This document shows, one piece after another, positions 8,497-19,825 of a stretch of 64,000 nt of DNA (positions are counted from its first letter, which is position 1; each line of letters opens with the position of its first letter). Origin of the DNA: a phage. The position numbers were made by a program, and so were the translations under genes. Location of the stretch: the sequence record OZ346175.1; one strand, given 5' to 3'. The notes under the pieces were generated by a model. It worked only from the letters and a program-made list of their open reading frames with translations. It made no database searches and was not told where the DNA came from.

Positions 8497-10639
8497 ACGC
8501 ATAAATGCCATTTTTGGCTTTCTTACGACCTTTTGTAATCTCGTGGAGAAGTTCCTCATCCTGTGTCTCCCTACAACGAACAATATCTTCTTCCTTGTTC
8601 AGACCAAAGTAAATACTGTTCAGTGTATGCGCATCAGTCCCTGTGTAGACTTCATAGAGGTCGTTCTCAGCATCATAACGAAGATACTTGTCAGTTTCTG
8701 GATTAAGGTGCTTATCAAGATGTTTGCAATAATATCTCCCATCTTCTTGCTTGGTAAATTCTACTGACTCTTTACCTTCAGTTACTGCTTTAGTGAACTC
8801 TTTATCACCCATAAAGTTACACAGTAAAACAAGCTGTGCAGAGTTCTGGTCAACAGAAACAATGTTAGTCCCCTCTTCACAAATCCACACTGCCCTCATA
8901 GGTGCTCCATAGACAGCAGCACCAGACGGTACGTTTACAATACCATATTGTGTCATACGTCCAGTTGAAGTACCAAACACCATTGCACCAGCACTAAGGC
9001 GACCATCAGGACGAATCTGGTTCAACCAACCTTTTTCATCATCCTTTGAGTTCTCAATAGTTCTGCGTCGGTGCATCAAAGTATAGTACTTAGCAATCTT
9101 CTGTCCAAGCTCACCTTCAATCGTATCATAAGATGATTCAGTAAGTTTTGGTGAAGTACGGATTAAGCAAGGCTCAAGCAAATCTGTGTACTTCTTCACA
9201 GACCAGTTATGCTCAATGTACTGTACACCTTCATGTTCAACATAACTCAAACCACACCGCTCAACCATTTCCTGCCACTTAGGATGTTTTGTAATCATCT
9301 TTTTATTGTCTTTGAAACGACAAACTTTGACAGGGCGACCATCTGAATCTTTCTTGTAGTTCCAGTCATCTGGAATCCAACCAACTGATTTCAAGTAGTC
9401 TTTAACAACTGCTACCTGAGTCATATGAGAAACTTCAAACTCAATTGGTGTATATGGTGCATCAATCAAACCTGTGTAGCGACTTGACTCAAGTTCAAAG
9501 TGATTGACAACGTGACTGTTATAGTACTTCACAGTCTTGACTGTTTTTACTGGTTTCCAGTCTTTGCATTTTTTGCCAATCTTTGCATTCAACTCGTTGC
9601 AGATTGCACGAGCATCCTTCATCGCTACAAAACCCTCTTTGTACTCTTCACCAGTTACAGAGTTGGTTGGTGTATAGCAATTTCTCTTTTCAATGTTAAA
9701 AATCTTTGTAGTTGGCTTACCAAATGGCTTGATTTCATATGTCTGCATCTCACCATTACGTACCTGCTGACGATACTTTGTCTTAGGGTACTTGGTAATT
9801 CTTTTCAGTCCATCTGCATGACCAAATGCTTCAACATACTCATTCCAAGCTTTTGCAAACTCTTCTCCAGTGACTTTACCTTTGGTCTTAATAGTTGGAG
9901 GTAGATGTGGTTCAACCTCTGAAGCAAGCTCATTAGTCAACTTGTCAAGCTCCTTTACATGGAACTCCATAAGCTCTTTATCAGCTTTCCAACCATTGAT
10001 AGCTTGTTGACTCATCCAGAAAGATGTTTCTTTAGCTCGCATGTAAGTTTCATAAGTGTCTATGCCACACTTCTTAAGCTTGAGATACTCGTTATCAAGT
10101 GCCCGTTTAGTTTTGGCGTTAATACGGATATCTTCTACAACACGAGTGAAGATTTCTGCATTCCACACACCCCAATGCTCAATCTCTGGCTTACGAACAC
10201 CAACACGAGCACCCCATGCAGCCAAGCCATGAGCACCTTTATAACCCTTTGGAGTTGGTCTATCCATCCACTGAACACGAGACTGGATAAGAGAATCCTG
10301 AAAGAAATTACTCCACGGCTTACACTTTGGATTATCAAAGTTCCATAAATCAGGTGCAATGTGATTAAAAACCCACCAGTCATAACCGAGACCGTTATGG
10401 ATGCAAAGACGTTTTGCCTTTAACGCAAATTCAACACCTTCACGTAAGCCACCCTTAATGTACTTGGTATACTTGTGACCGAGGATAGGTTCATCCGTAA
10501 AGACCCATACAGGTGGCTCTTCATCGTCAGATTTATAGTCTGCGAAAGCCATTACGTGCACTTTAGTGAACTCAAGGAGTAAACCATCAGTTTCTGTATC
10601 ACCAACTAAATGTAAGTTTTTAAAATCTACGTTTTCCAT
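8497..10639 (-). CDS. DNA polymerase, family A (T7 gp5-like), exon 1
   Basis: N-terminal 3'-5' exonuclease motif DTETDG, T7 gp5-like blocks, ends in first half of motif B (RKKAKNGIYA); start at MENVDF with GAGGGAG RBS. Confidence 0.9.
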
Positions 10640-10702
10640 TTTTACTCCCTCTAAAATCATTAACCTCATACATTACTGCAAAAAATTATAAAAAGCAAGT
10701 TG

Positions 10703-10727
10703 ACAATGCACTTGACAAGGTGTTAAT
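10703..10727 (+). promoter_or_regulatory. conserved tandem TTGACA element (putative promoter/operator)
   Basis: gttgacaatgcacttgacaaggtgt; near-identical 25-mer recurs at 56041..56065, core acttgacaaggtg also at 26454..26466. Confidence 0.4.
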
Positions 10728-10896
10728 CTTTGCGAAGTGGGTTTTTACTTAAAAGGTTACTTAACAGTTTAACTATACAGATACTTTAAAACTCTTAAAA
10801 GATTATTTAATAGCTTTTAAAAAGCTTTAAAGTATAACGTATAGAATACGTTAAGATAAAAGATTAAAACTTAATAGTTACTTAAAAGAGGCTTAC

Positions 10897-11319
10897 ATGC
10901 AGAAAATGTTTGTTCACCCAGACATAGCTGACTTTGTTAGAGCTTTGCAGAAGTTGGAAGAACTTGACATTGCTGCTCAACGGGAATATGCTCACCATCA
11001 CAGGAGAATGGTTGATATACAACATGAAATAGAGTTATCTGAAAACTATGAAGATGACTTAAAATGCTCTGTGTTTGAGCATATGAAAGATGTTGCTACA
11101 GCGAGACGTAAAGCTAAAGACACAGTTGCTTTACTAGACTCTCTTAAAAAGAGGTTGCAAAGTGGTACAGACCTGTGTAATCTAGCGTCACTGATTAACG
11201 ATGTTGAAACTTCTTGGGATAGGCACTATTATCCACGTTCTGAAAAGACACTTGACTTTTCTTCATCCGAAAACTTAAAATGTTCTAGAAAGAAACTTAA
11301 CCAACTGAGAGAGAAATAA
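10897..11319 (+). CDS. hypothetical protein
   Basis: 140-aa ORF, first gene of rightward block. Confidence 0.5.
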   Translation: MQKMFVHPDIADFVRALQKLEELDIAAQREYAHHHRRMVDIQHEIELSENYEDDLKCSVFEHMKDVATARRKAKDTVALLDSLKKRLQSGTDLCNLASLINDVETSWDRHYYPRSEKTLDFSSSENLKCSRKKLNQLREK

Positions 11320-11320
11320 T

Positions 11321-12121
11321 ATGAATATCAATGTAGAAAAGATGCTTGAAGAAAAAGGTATTGACGAAGCATTTTTAATCAATGCCGTAGAAAGCATGGC
11401 TATGATTCTTCGTGGGAACAACTACACAGAACAGTTTATGCCTTCAAGCTATAACTTGCCTGAAGACAAGTCTGATAATGGTGCTTTTGCAGAACAGGTT
11501 AACATGATGTTGACAGACACTACACTTGCTTTAGCATCTATAGTCGTAGGTGTTGATGCTCTTGCAGAGTTCATTTTTAAGGAGATGCAGAAAAATGACT
11601 ATATCTCCCTTAACTCTGAAGAAAAGGACTTATTACTGTCATTAGGTAATAATGAGTTAATTTCCATGATAATTTCATCAACAAGTGCTGTTATGGCTGC
11701 TCTTGAGAAGCGAATGGGAGAGAAGCTGTCACGATATGAAAAACTTGATTGGGGGGTAGAAGAACTAAACCCACGAATCCAAGAAATTATCCAGCAAACC
11801 AAAGATTCTTTGGAAGAAGCTGTTGAAAATGACTCTGTAGCTGATATAGAACCACTTCAGGTGAAAGTTGCACTGATGATTCCAGCTATCTCTACAATGA
11901 TGAATATCGTTGCACTAATCCAACTTTCACAGATGATGGGTGTAAGTATTGAGTTCATTGAGGAGATGACTGGTGGCGTTAGTATGCAAGCAATCAATGA
12001 TGTTTTGGTGAATATTGGTGCTTCAATCATTGAAGAGAAACTACGCATTAACTTCGGTGATGATTTTGTGAAGCAAATCTCAGCTATGGCTGAAAAAGAG
12101 TCTGCTGAGCAACTGCACTAA
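11321..12121 (+). CDS. hypothetical protein
   Basis: 266-aa acidic ORF, 1-nt spacing to upstream gene. Confidence 0.5.
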   Translation: MNINVEKMLEEKGIDEAFLINAVESMAMILRGNNYTEQFMPSSYNLPEDKSDNGAFAEQVNMMLTDTTLALASIVVGVDALAEFIFKEMQKNDYISLNSEEKDLLLSLGNNELISMIISSTSAVMAALEKRMGEKLSRYEKLDWGVEELNPRIQEIIQQTKDSLEEAVENDSVADIEPLQVKVALMIPAISTMMNIVALIQLSQMMGVSIEFIEEMTGGVSMQAINDVLVNIGASIIEEKLRINFGDDFVKQISAMAEKESAEQLH

Positions 12122-12182
12122 GTCTTTATAAATCTTACAAGCCTCCTTAGTTGGGGGCTTTTTAGTAATTAAGGGAGATAAA

Positions 12183-12926
12183 ATGAGTAATATTATCGCA
12201 TTTACTGGAAAGGCACGTTCTGGAAAAGACACCTCATGTTCTATTGTGAAGAACATCTTAGAGGATGAGTACGGCTACAATGTTGCTGTAATGGCCTTTG
12301 CAGACAACCTTAAACTGTCTGCATCAAAGATATTTGACCTGACTTGGAATGACCTGTATGGTGAAACTAAAGAGACTCCACGGGTATTTAACTTATCATA
12401 TCCTGAACTGATGTTTAAAGTTACGGAAGCCATGAAGTTCACCTTCAGAGATGAACGTTACCATATGGACTTCAAGCTTATGTCAGAGTTAACCGGACGA
12501 TTAATCATGGAGCTTAAGAAGGTTGCTAAACCGACTCTATTGACACGTCTGGGGTTTAGCAAAAAGTATAAATTCTCATCAAGACAAATTCAACAGGTTT
12601 GGGGCACTGAAGTTGTCCGTAAAGTAATGGGCGACAAGTTCTGGTCTAAAGACCTTGAAAAAAGAATGGTTAGATTCCATGAAATGTGCTCACTTAGAAA
12701 TCAATATGGTTTTGTATTAATCAGTGATTTAAGATTTGACTCTGAAGCTGAATGGCTGAGTAGATTTGCACACCAAACTATTGAAGTAAAAAGAGACAAT
12801 GTGGACAAAGTTTCATCACATGTTTCAGAAAATGGGATTTCTACAAAATATGAGCGTGACATTATTCATAATAATGGTACTCTTGCAGACCTTGAGAACA
12901 AGCTAAGAGCCATCATTAAAGTTTAA
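12183..12926 (+). CDS. deoxynucleoside monophosphate kinase-like protein
   Basis: N-terminal P-loop FTGKARSGKDT resembling T4 gp1-type dNMP kinase. Confidence 0.65.
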   Translation: MSNIIAFTGKARSGKDTSCSIVKNILEDEYGYNVAVMAFADNLKLSASKIFDLTWNDLYGETKETPRVFNLSYPELMFKVTEAMKFTFRDERYHMDFKLMSELTGRLIMELKKVAKPTLLTRLGFSKKYKFSSRQIQQVWGTEVVRKVMGDKFWSKDLEKRMVRFHEMCSLRNQYGFVLISDLRFDSEAEWLSRFAHQTIEVKRDNVDKVSSHVSENGISTKYERDIIHNNGTLADLENKLRAIIKV

Positions 12927-12934
12927 AAGAGAGA

Positions 12935-13135
12935 ATGAAGATGAGAGTAAAAGACAATTTTAAAGTTATTGACCACCGTTTAGTGGAACTCTCATCTCTT
13001 TCCAGTGAGGTAATGATTGAACGTCTTAAGAGAGTTGAATCACGAAGGAAAGAGATTGCAGATGAAATTCATGAACTGGACAAGATTGAAAATGGATTGA
13101 AGGCAGAACTACAACGAAGAGGTGCTAATGTCTAA
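12935..13135 (+). CDS. hypothetical protein
   Basis: 66-aa coiled-coil-like ORF. Confidence 0.4.
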   Translation: MKMRVKDNFKVIDHRLVELSSLSSEVMIERLKRVESRRKEIADEIHELDKIENGLKAELQRRGANV

Positions 13136-15113
13136 AGGTCGTAAATTGAAAGAGGCTGGTCAGTTTGTTGGTCATTGCGCATGTCCACGTTGTGGTTCAT
13201 CAGATGCTGGTTCAATCTATCACCATGACGATGATTCTTATTCAATGACTTGCTTTAGTTGTAACAAAGGTTTCCCAGAGTGGGATTTTGATAAAGGACA
13301 AATCGTGAGCACTTATTCTACTGGTTCAGACAATAAAAACCGTACTTTCCGTGGAATGGATTTAGACGATGTAAAAGAAAACCTAGAAGCAATGGACTTG
13401 AAAGATAGGAAGATTCCTGCAAAAGTTCTTGAGCGTTTGGGTATTAAGGTTGACATTGACAGTGATGGTGAAATTGACGCACATTTCTACCCAACTTACA
13501 AACGTAATGAAGATGGTAAGCTAGAACATGTTGGCTACCGTGTTCGTCACCGTTACCCAGAAGACCATCCAAAAGAGCACCTACGTGGTAAGCTAAAAGA
13601 CTTTTCTGGTGGTGTTGGAGACATTAAAGGTGAACTGGCAATGTTTGGTTCATGGATTGCTCCAGAAGGTGGTAACCGTCTATTCATCTGGGAAGGTGAG
13701 ATGGAATGTGCGACAGCAATCTACATGACCTCTTTGGCGATTAAAGATAAGTCTCGTCGTAAGAATTACTGTCACGTATCTGTCCCATCGGGTGCAAACA
13801 TTAAGTCTATCAAAGACAACTATCAGTACATCACATCATTTGATGAGATTTACTTGTGCTTTGATAATGATGAAGCAGGTGCTAAAGCTACCAAAGAGGC
13901 TGCTGGCATTCTCCCTATCGAGAAGGTTCGTTTATTCCAGTATCCAGAAGGTGTAAAAGACCTTAACGAATGGTGGACAAAGTTCTATAAAGAGAAAGAT
14001 ACAGTTCTGGAAGGATTTAAGCAGCGTATCTACAATGCACCTCGTTACTGTCCTGCTGGTATCAAGAACTTCGCAGATGGTTTTGAGGCAATGAAGAATC
14101 GTGGTCAGATTCCATTGATTCCTTTCCCAGAATCATTCGGAGATTTGAACAGACTGACTTATGGTGGTTATGGACTAGGTGAGATTACAACTCTGGCAGC
14201 ACCATCTTCAGTGGGTAAATCAGCATACACTCGTGAAATGATTTACACAGCTTGGAAAGAAACCGATTACAATATTGGTGTAATTCCTGTAGAAGATACC
14301 TATGAAGAGTTGATGGAGATGCTCTGTGCAATCCACCTGAGCAAGCAGATTTCTGAGATTCCTTATGACGAACGTGATTGGGATGAATTGAAGGGAGCGC
14401 ACGCAGAACTATCTAAAGGTCGTCGTATCCACATCGTAGACCATCAAGGGGCAATTGACCAAGATAACTTACTGGAGTTTGTTGACTATCTTGTTAATAG
14501 CTTAGACTGTAAGATTATTATTCTTGACCCTATTACGTTGGCTCTGTCACGTTCAGATACGGATGAAGAGGAAGTTTTGTCTGAGCTATTGCGTCGTTGC
14601 AAACGCTACCAGTATGCACAAGTGAACGTCTGTCACGTTCGTAAGAGTGCAGGTGGTCAGAAGGCTAACTCTGAAGGTGGAGATATCTCTGAAGAGGATA
14701 TTAAAGGCTCTGGTGCGTATTTCCAGATTTCTATGAACAACATTCTGTTAATGCGTAACAAGGTTGACCCAGACCCTGTTAAGAAAAACTTGACAAAAAT
14801 CAAGCTAACTAAATGTCGTCGTCACGGTAAGTCAACGGGTATTGCTGGTCATACTTGGTACAATCCAGATACAGGACGCCTCATCAAAGCATCTGGTTGC
14901 GGAGTTGACATTGATGGTGCAGCAGAAAATATTCGCCAACAGTTTGGTATTGGTGAAGCTGAAGACCATTACGATGACTCTTTGCCACATTATGAGGATG
15001 AAGTGTTTGACCGTGAGACTGGTGAAGTCTATACTGAAGAGCAGCGTCAAAGCTCAACGATTCCACCTGTATTAAGTGAGGATGCAGATGACTGCCCATT
15101 CGAAACTGAGTGA
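13122..15113 (+). CDS. DNA primase-helicase (T7 gp4-like)
   Basis: N-terminal Cys4 zinc ribbon (CPRCGSSD...CFSCNKG), central primase region, C-terminal helicase with Walker-A-like AAPSSVGKS. Confidence 0.85.
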   Translation: MLMSKGRKLKEAGQFVGHCACPRCGSSDAGSIYHHDDDSYSMTCFSCNKGFPEWDFDKGQIVSTYSTGSDNKNRTFRGMDLDDVKENLEAMDLKDRKIPAKVLERLGIKVDIDSDGEIDAHFYPTYKRNEDGKLEHVGYRVRHRYPEDHPKEHLRGKLKDFSGGVGDIKGELAMFGSWIAPEGGNRLFIWEGEMECATAIYMTSLAIKDKSRRKNYCHVSVPSGANIKSIKDNYQYITSFDEIYLCFDNDEAGAKATKEAAGILPIEKVRLFQYPEGVKDLNEWWTKFYKEKDTVLEGFKQRIYNAPRYCPAGIKNFADGFEAMKNRGQIPLIPFPESFGDLNRLTYGGYGLGEITTLAAPSSVGKSAYTREMIYTAWKETDYNIGVIPVEDTYEELMEMLCAIHLSKQISEIPYDERDWDELKGAHAELSKGRRIHIVDHQGAIDQDNLLEFVDYLVNSLDCKIIILDPITLALSRSDTDEEEVLSELLRRCKRYQYAQVNVCHVRKSAGGQKANSEGGDISEEDIKGSGAYFQISMNNILLMRNKVDPDPVKKNLTKIKLTKCRRHGKSTGIAGHTWYNPDTGRLIKASGCGVDIDGAAENIRQQFGIGEAEDHYDDSLPHYEDEVFDRETGEVYTEEQRQSSTIPPVLSEDADDCPFETE

Positions 15114-15369
15114 TAGTTATAAAAGAGAGGGGTTCACACCCTTCTTTGAAGAAAAAAGTTTAAATAAATTTCAGGAAGAGTGTTTGACAAAGATTGATAG
15201 ATTCTATAGAATGCTCCTCATGAAATGCGATGGAGAGGTTGAGATAAAAGAAGATTTTCACCAGAGCATGATTACAGTCATCATTGCGCTGCCTCAGCAT
15301 AATATTAGTTGGCTGTTTATAATTAAAGAAAATGTGTTTGAATATCAAGTATATCGGAGAATATCATGA
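15076..15369 (+). CDS. hypothetical protein
   Basis: 97-aa ORF overlapping end of primase-helicase gene. Confidence 0.35.
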   Translation: MRMQMTAHSKLSDSYKREGFTPFFEEKSLNKFQEECLTKIDRFYRMLLMKCDGEVEIKEDFHQSMITVIIALPQHNISWLFIIKENVFEYQVYRRIS

Positions 15370-15515
15370 AACACTCTAAAGCATTTGAAAAAGTTTTTGG
15401 GGATTCCTTAAAAGCCACTGCTGGAAAACCAGCAAAATACTATGAAGAAAAACGTGTAAGAACTGGAAAAACTGCACGTAAAGCAGCTTCTAAAGATAAG
15501 CACAACTTCCAGTAA
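15366..15515 (+). CDS. hypothetical small basic protein
   Basis: 49-aa ORF (MKHSKAFEKVFG...) with ATGA overlap to upstream ORF; below ORF-track size cut-off. Confidence 0.3.
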   Translation: MKHSKAFEKVFGDSLKATAGKPAKYYEEKRVRTGKTARKAASKDKHNFQ

Positions 15516-15522
15516 TTAGTAT

Positions 15523-15551
15523 TTGACAATAGAGTATCAACAAATTAGAAT
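15523..15551 (+). promoter_or_regulatory. sigma70-type promoter
   Basis: TTGACA-N17-TAGAAT upstream of SSB gene. Confidence 0.5.
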
Positions 15552-15587
15552 TGGTACTCTTCATAAATTGAGATAGAGGTTTAAATA

Positions 15588-16445
15588 ATGTCTAAAGTTG
15601 TTAAAATGAAAGCTCCGGTAGAGAAGTACAACGGTACTGAACGTCAAACTCTGCGTTACCTGCTGAAAGATGTCTGGTTTTATTACCTGAACACTTCACC
15701 ACGTCCGGGAAAAGGTAAGTCTATTGATAAAAAATTCCCAGGAAAAGATTGTAACTACAGCGTATCAATTCTGGCAGAAGACGGTAACAAACTCTTTAAA
15801 GAGTTTACTAAGTCTAAGAAAAATCCAGAAGGCTGGGATAAAGTTACTACTGAAGCAGTTGACGCAGATGACTTTGAAGAGAAGTTTGGTTGTAAGCCAC
15901 CTTTTGAAGCAGACACTTACTACATCTTGAAAGTAAGTCGTGCAGCAGCTTATAAAGATGGTGCTGTATGGACAGCTAAACAGTCATTCCCTGTAATGCT
16001 GATTGAAGAAGTGAATGGTAAGCGTGTAGCTGTTAAGCAGCCGATGAAGAAAATCAAAGCTCAAGCATCTGATAAACATGAAGATGACAAGAACTATGAT
16101 GTAATTCATCCAGATATCGCAGTTGGTAACGGTTCTTTTGGTAGTGTGATTCTTTCTACTCACTTCTACACTTTTGAGAACAATGTTCTGACAAAACCTA
16201 TTCAGGAACAGTTTATCATCGATACCCTTGTACCTTACACTGGTGGTAACGGTGCTAATGGTGAACCTGAACTGGATGAAGATGAACTGGCTATGCTTGG
16301 TCTTGATGGTGTCGAAGATAACGGTGAAATCACTGAAGAAGACGCAACAGACCATAAATCTTCGAATGATTCTGATGATGGTGATGATGAAGATTTGCCA
16401 GACCCAGATGACGAAGAAGATGAAGACTTCGATACAGAAGACTAA
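15588..16445 (+). CDS. single-stranded DNA-binding protein (T7 gp2.5-like)
   Basis: 285 aa with strongly acidic C-terminal tail (DDGDDEDLPDPDDEEDEDFDTED). Confidence 0.7.
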   Translation: MSKVVKMKAPVEKYNGTERQTLRYLLKDVWFYYLNTSPRPGKGKSIDKKFPGKDCNYSVSILAEDGNKLFKEFTKSKKNPEGWDKVTTEAVDADDFEEKFGCKPPFEADTYYILKVSRAAAYKDGAVWTAKQSFPVMLIEEVNGKRVAVKQPMKKIKAQASDKHEDDKNYDVIHPDIAVGNGSFGSVILSTHFYTFENNVLTKPIQEQFIIDTLVPYTGGNGANGEPELDEDELAMLGLDGVEDNGEITEEDATDHKSSNDSDDGDDEDLPDPDDEEDEDFDTED

Positions 16446-16507
16446 TCTCTAAAAGTTACTTTAAAGCCCTGTACTTAGTATGGGGCTTTTTCATATGGAG
16501 AGCCATA

Positions 16508-17554
16508 ATGGAGAAGTACACATTAACAAAGCTTCCCGATTCAGTTACACATGTCTTTATTGACTCTGACAGTATTGCCTATAAAGGTGCTTGTGTAGTT
16601 GAGAAAGCAAAATATAAATATGTCAATAAACTCACAGCAGAAGAATCTGATTCGTTTGATAATGCGAAAGATGCTGCAAGATGGTTAGCAGACCAGAGAA
16701 TCCTTGTGGAAGAACTTGGCCTGACATTTGATGAAGATGAATGGGAAAGACAGACTTGGAAAGAAGCTAAGAGTGAAAAAGAAGCTATCATGGCTACTCA
16801 ACAGGTTCTTCAGGAATGGCTTAAGGTTGTTGGTAAAGAGAGAACTTGGGTAGGCTATTTAACAGAGAAAGGTGTGCATAAGCATAAAGACATTAAAGGT
16901 CTTGAGCACCAATATCAAGGTAACCGTAAAGATGCTGTCACACCAACACACTTAGTTGCTTGTCGTGAGTATCTTCTGTCAAGACCAGAGTTCAAACTAA
17001 TTCTTGATGGATTTGAAGCCGACTCTATCGTTATTGCTAAAGCTGAAAAGATGGGTAAAAAGGCTGCCTTAATGAGTATTGATAAAGACCTTCGCCAAGC
17101 TGAAGGGACTTACTGCATTGATATGACCTATGAAAAGTCACCTTTGATTTTCATTGCTGATAACAACGTTGGTGAAATTTGGGATTGCCCAATAAAATCG
17201 ACACCAAAAGCTAAGAAGACAGTTGGGGTAGGTTTTAAATTTCTTTGTTACCAAGCTGTGGCTGGTGATAATGCTGATAATTATTTTGGTTTAAAGGGCG
17301 TTGGTAAGGCTACTGTAATGAAAGCTCTTGAAGGTAAAACCACCTACAAAGAGTGTCTTGATGCAATTTATGAGCTTTATGCTAAGAAAGAGTCATACAC
17401 TTATGTCTCGTGGGATGGTCAAACAATTACCAGAACACCTTTAGAGTTAATGCAGCAACACTTTTTCTTAGCTTATCAGGAAAGAAACAAGAAAGACGAT
17501 TTTACTTTTGATAAGTATGGGTGGACACCAAATGTTAACTCAACAAACTCTTAA
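16508..17554 (+). CDS. 5'-3' exonuclease / flap endonuclease-like protein
   Basis: 348 aa; acidic-cluster N-terminus (HVFIDSDSIAYK) and position next to SSB/primase genes. Confidence 0.55.
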   Translation: MEKYTLTKLPDSVTHVFIDSDSIAYKGACVVEKAKYKYVNKLTAEESDSFDNAKDAARWLADQRILVEELGLTFDEDEWERQTWKEAKSEKEAIMATQQVLQEWLKVVGKERTWVGYLTEKGVHKHKDIKGLEHQYQGNRKDAVTPTHLVACREYLLSRPEFKLILDGFEADSIVIAKAEKMGKKAALMSIDKDLRQAEGTYCIDMTYEKSPLIFIADNNVGEIWDCPIKSTPKAKKTVGVGFKFLCYQAVAGDNADNYFGLKGVGKATVMKALEGKTTYKECLDAIYELYAKKESYTYVSWDGQTITRTPLELMQQHFFLAYQERNKKDDFTFDKYGWTPNVNSTNS

Positions 17555-18023
17555 AGAGTACCTACATTATGACCCCGAAACAGGGGTCTTTACTTGGATT
17601 AAGAAATCTGCTAGACACACAAAAATTGGCTCTGTTGCAGGTACAAACTTAAGAGGGTATACCAGAATTTATTTGTTTGGTAAGGGCTATTATGCACATA
17701 CCCTAGCCGTTCTGTATATGGATGGATACCTACCTGAGTGTGTTGACCATAAAAATCATGTAACACTAGACAATCGCTGGGTAAATCTTAGGGCATGTAC
17801 GTTATCAGAGAACCAATGTAATAGGTTGCTCAATAAGAACAATAAATCAGGTGTTAAAGGTGTGTACTACAAAAAACAGTATGGTAAGTGGTCTACACAG
17901 ATAACTTTTAAGAAGAGGGTCTACTTCTTCGGCAACTATGACACTATTGATGAAGCAGCAGAGGTTGTAAATAGGGAACGTCAACGTTTACACAAAGAGT
18001 TTGCTAATAAAGGTGATGAATGA
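17508..18023 (+). CDS. HNH homing endonuclease with AP2-type domain
   Basis: Paralogous to 7134..7661 (LHYDPETGVFTW..., VDHKNHVTLDNRWVNLR, GVKGVYY...GKWSTQI); likely starts at internal Met. Confidence 0.8.
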   Translation: MISMGGHQMLTQQTLKEYLHYDPETGVFTWIKKSARHTKIGSVAGTNLRGYTRIYLFGKGYYAHTLAVLYMDGYLPECVDHKNHVTLDNRWVNLRACTLSENQCNRLLNKNNKSGVKGVYYKKQYGKWSTQITFKKRVYFFGNYDTIDEAAEVVNRERQRLHKEFANKGDE

Positions 18024-18520
18024 GAAAAATAAAAGGTTTTGGCAATTGCCCTGAATATGGACATTGGGTTTCACTATGTGGTGAAGTTGACCCAGCAAAG
18101 CACTTTGGTTTTGTCTACCTAGTGTACTGCAAAAAGACTGGACAGTACTATTTGGGTAAGAAACAGTTTAACAGTGTGACCAAAAGAAAAGTTGCTGGGA
18201 AGACTCGGAAGAAGATAGTCACTAAGGAAAGTGATTGGATGACTTATGAGACTTCTTCTGAGTATATTAAAAAAGATATTGAGAGTTTTGGAAAAGAATT
18301 TTTTGACTTTTACATTATTCAGACCTACTACACAAAAGGTGGCCTAGCCTATGGTGAAGCAAACCTTCAACATAAATTCGATGTAATGACAAAAAGGATT
18401 GACTCTAAGCTCAGACTCTTCTACAATGCCAATATTGCAGCAATTAAGTTTATCACTAAAGAAACTTATGAAGATGCTGAAAAAAGAATCCATAAGGTCA
18501 TGAAAGCAAATTGTGCTTGA
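18020..18520 (+). CDS. putative GIY-YIG-like endonuclease
   Basis: N-terminal FGFVYLVY...TGQYYLGKK resembles GIY-YIG motif; weak call. Confidence 0.4.
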   Translation: MRKIKGFGNCPEYGHWVSLCGEVDPAKHFGFVYLVYCKKTGQYYLGKKQFNSVTKRKVAGKTRKKIVTKESDWMTYETSSEYIKKDIESFGKEFFDFYIIQTYYTKGGLAYGEANLQHKFDVMTKRIDSKLRLFYNANIAAIKFITKETYEDAEKRIHKVMKANCA

Positions 18521-18526
18521 TAACTA

Positions 18527-18790
18527 TTGAGAGAGAATAAAATGTTTAACAAAAGTAAAGCTGTGAGTCATGTAGCAAAAGTTGACAGCAAGATTGAAGA
18601 ACTTGAGCGCGTTCTTACAAATGCCAGAGAGTCAATAATTAAAGAGGTTGAAGCTGTTGAATCTCAAATGCAGCACCTAATGCTTAAACGTCAAGAGCTA
18701 CGTGAGCATCTAGAATATATTGAAACACGAGAGCTAAAGGTTAACAAATATTTTAAGGAGTCCGAATGTTTAACTCAAGAGAATCAGTAA
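18527..18790 (+). CDS. hypothetical protein
   Basis: 87-aa coiled-coil-like ORF. Confidence 0.4.
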   Translation: MRENKMFNKSKAVSHVAKVDSKIEELERVLTNARESIIKEVEAVESQMQHLMLKRQELREHLEYIETRELKVNKYFKESECLTQENQ

Positions 18791-19521
18791 AAAACTGGAA
18801 CCTTCGTTGTGGAAACACTCAAAAGCAACCTTACAGTGATGAGTATTGGGAATCTTTAAAATCTCAATCTCTGTGTATGCTTGAAGAAGCAAAAGAGCTT
18901 GTAAAAGCAATTGAAGAGAAAGACCCCATTGAGACACTGGATGCTCAGGCAGATTTGCAATATGTTCTTGACGGTTTGATTTACCTGTCACAACATGACC
19001 ATAACGGTGCTATGAAAGCTGTTTGCCATAATAATGACCTGAAATACACAGATGACTATGAAGAGGCTTTAAAACGTCTTGCAGACATTGAAAAGCGTAC
19101 TGGTCAAGAGTGTATTATCAGAATGTCAGTAGTTGATGGTAAAGAGTGGTATGCGATTGTTCGTGCAGCCGATGGGAAGATTATGAAGCAATCAAATCTC
19201 CCTAAAGTACAGCTTGGTGAATACATTGTAGAACTTGAAAGCCAAGAACTTTTTGTGGTAGTATCTGAGACATGCGTTATCTGCAAAGGTATTGTAGGTA
19301 GCTTAAAGGATTTGGGTGTAGATGGTTTTGTAGAAGTTAATCCAATTACCTCTAAAGCAGATAAAGACTTCTGTAAAGAGAACGGACTATGGATTGCAGA
19401 TATTGTCTACTATGATGGTGAGCAGTTCCATGTAACCTCATACCCGAAACTGAATTATGATGCTAATAACCTGAAGTGCTGGTTAAAAGGGGTTGGTTAT
19501 AATGGATTCACAGAACATTAA
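18766..19521 (+). CDS. hypothetical protein
   Basis: 251-aa ORF. Confidence 0.45.
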   Translation: MFNSRESVKNWNLRCGNTQKQPYSDEYWESLKSQSLCMLEEAKELVKAIEEKDPIETLDAQADLQYVLDGLIYLSQHDHNGAMKAVCHNNDLKYTDDYEEALKRLADIEKRTGQECIIRMSVVDGKEWYAIVRAADGKIMKQSNLPKVQLGEYIVELESQELFVVVSETCVICKGIVGSLKDLGVDGFVEVNPITSKADKDFCKENGLWIADIVYYDGEQFHVTSYPKLNYDANNLKCWLKGVGYNGFTEH

Positions 19522-19825
19522 TAAAGAAGGCGTGGCTCAAAAGAGCCACTTCTCAAACTACAATATCTCTATGACGGTGTTTATGAATGACCCGTTACTT
19601 GAGAAGTATGGTGAGACTCCAGATACACTTCTGGATAATGAACAAGTTTTAAAAGCAGTTCTGTACAAATACGGGATTGATATTGAGAAAGAGTATTCTT
19701 TTGAAATCTGCCAACACAGAAATACTTTCGGTAAAGTTGTGATGGCTCCGCTCTTTATGGGTGTAGAAAGGACTGACTATGGTTGGTTGTATCTGAAAAG
19801 AAACTTGGAGAAATACCGTGTCTAA
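19493..19825 (+). CDS. hypothetical protein
   Basis: 110-aa ORF. Confidence 0.4.
   Translation: MVIMDSQNINKEGVAQKSHFSNYNISMTVFMNDPLLEKYGETPDTLLDNEQVLKAVLYKYGIDIEKEYSFEICQHRNTFGKVVMAPLFMGVERTDYGWLYLKRNLEKYRV

Noticed and set aside
9500-10383. Plus- and minus-strand ORFs inside polymerase exon 1 (9500..9904, 9959..10348, 10135..10383)
   Set aside because: Antisense or out-of-frame shadow ORFs within a coding region strongly supported by T7-like polymerase similarity.
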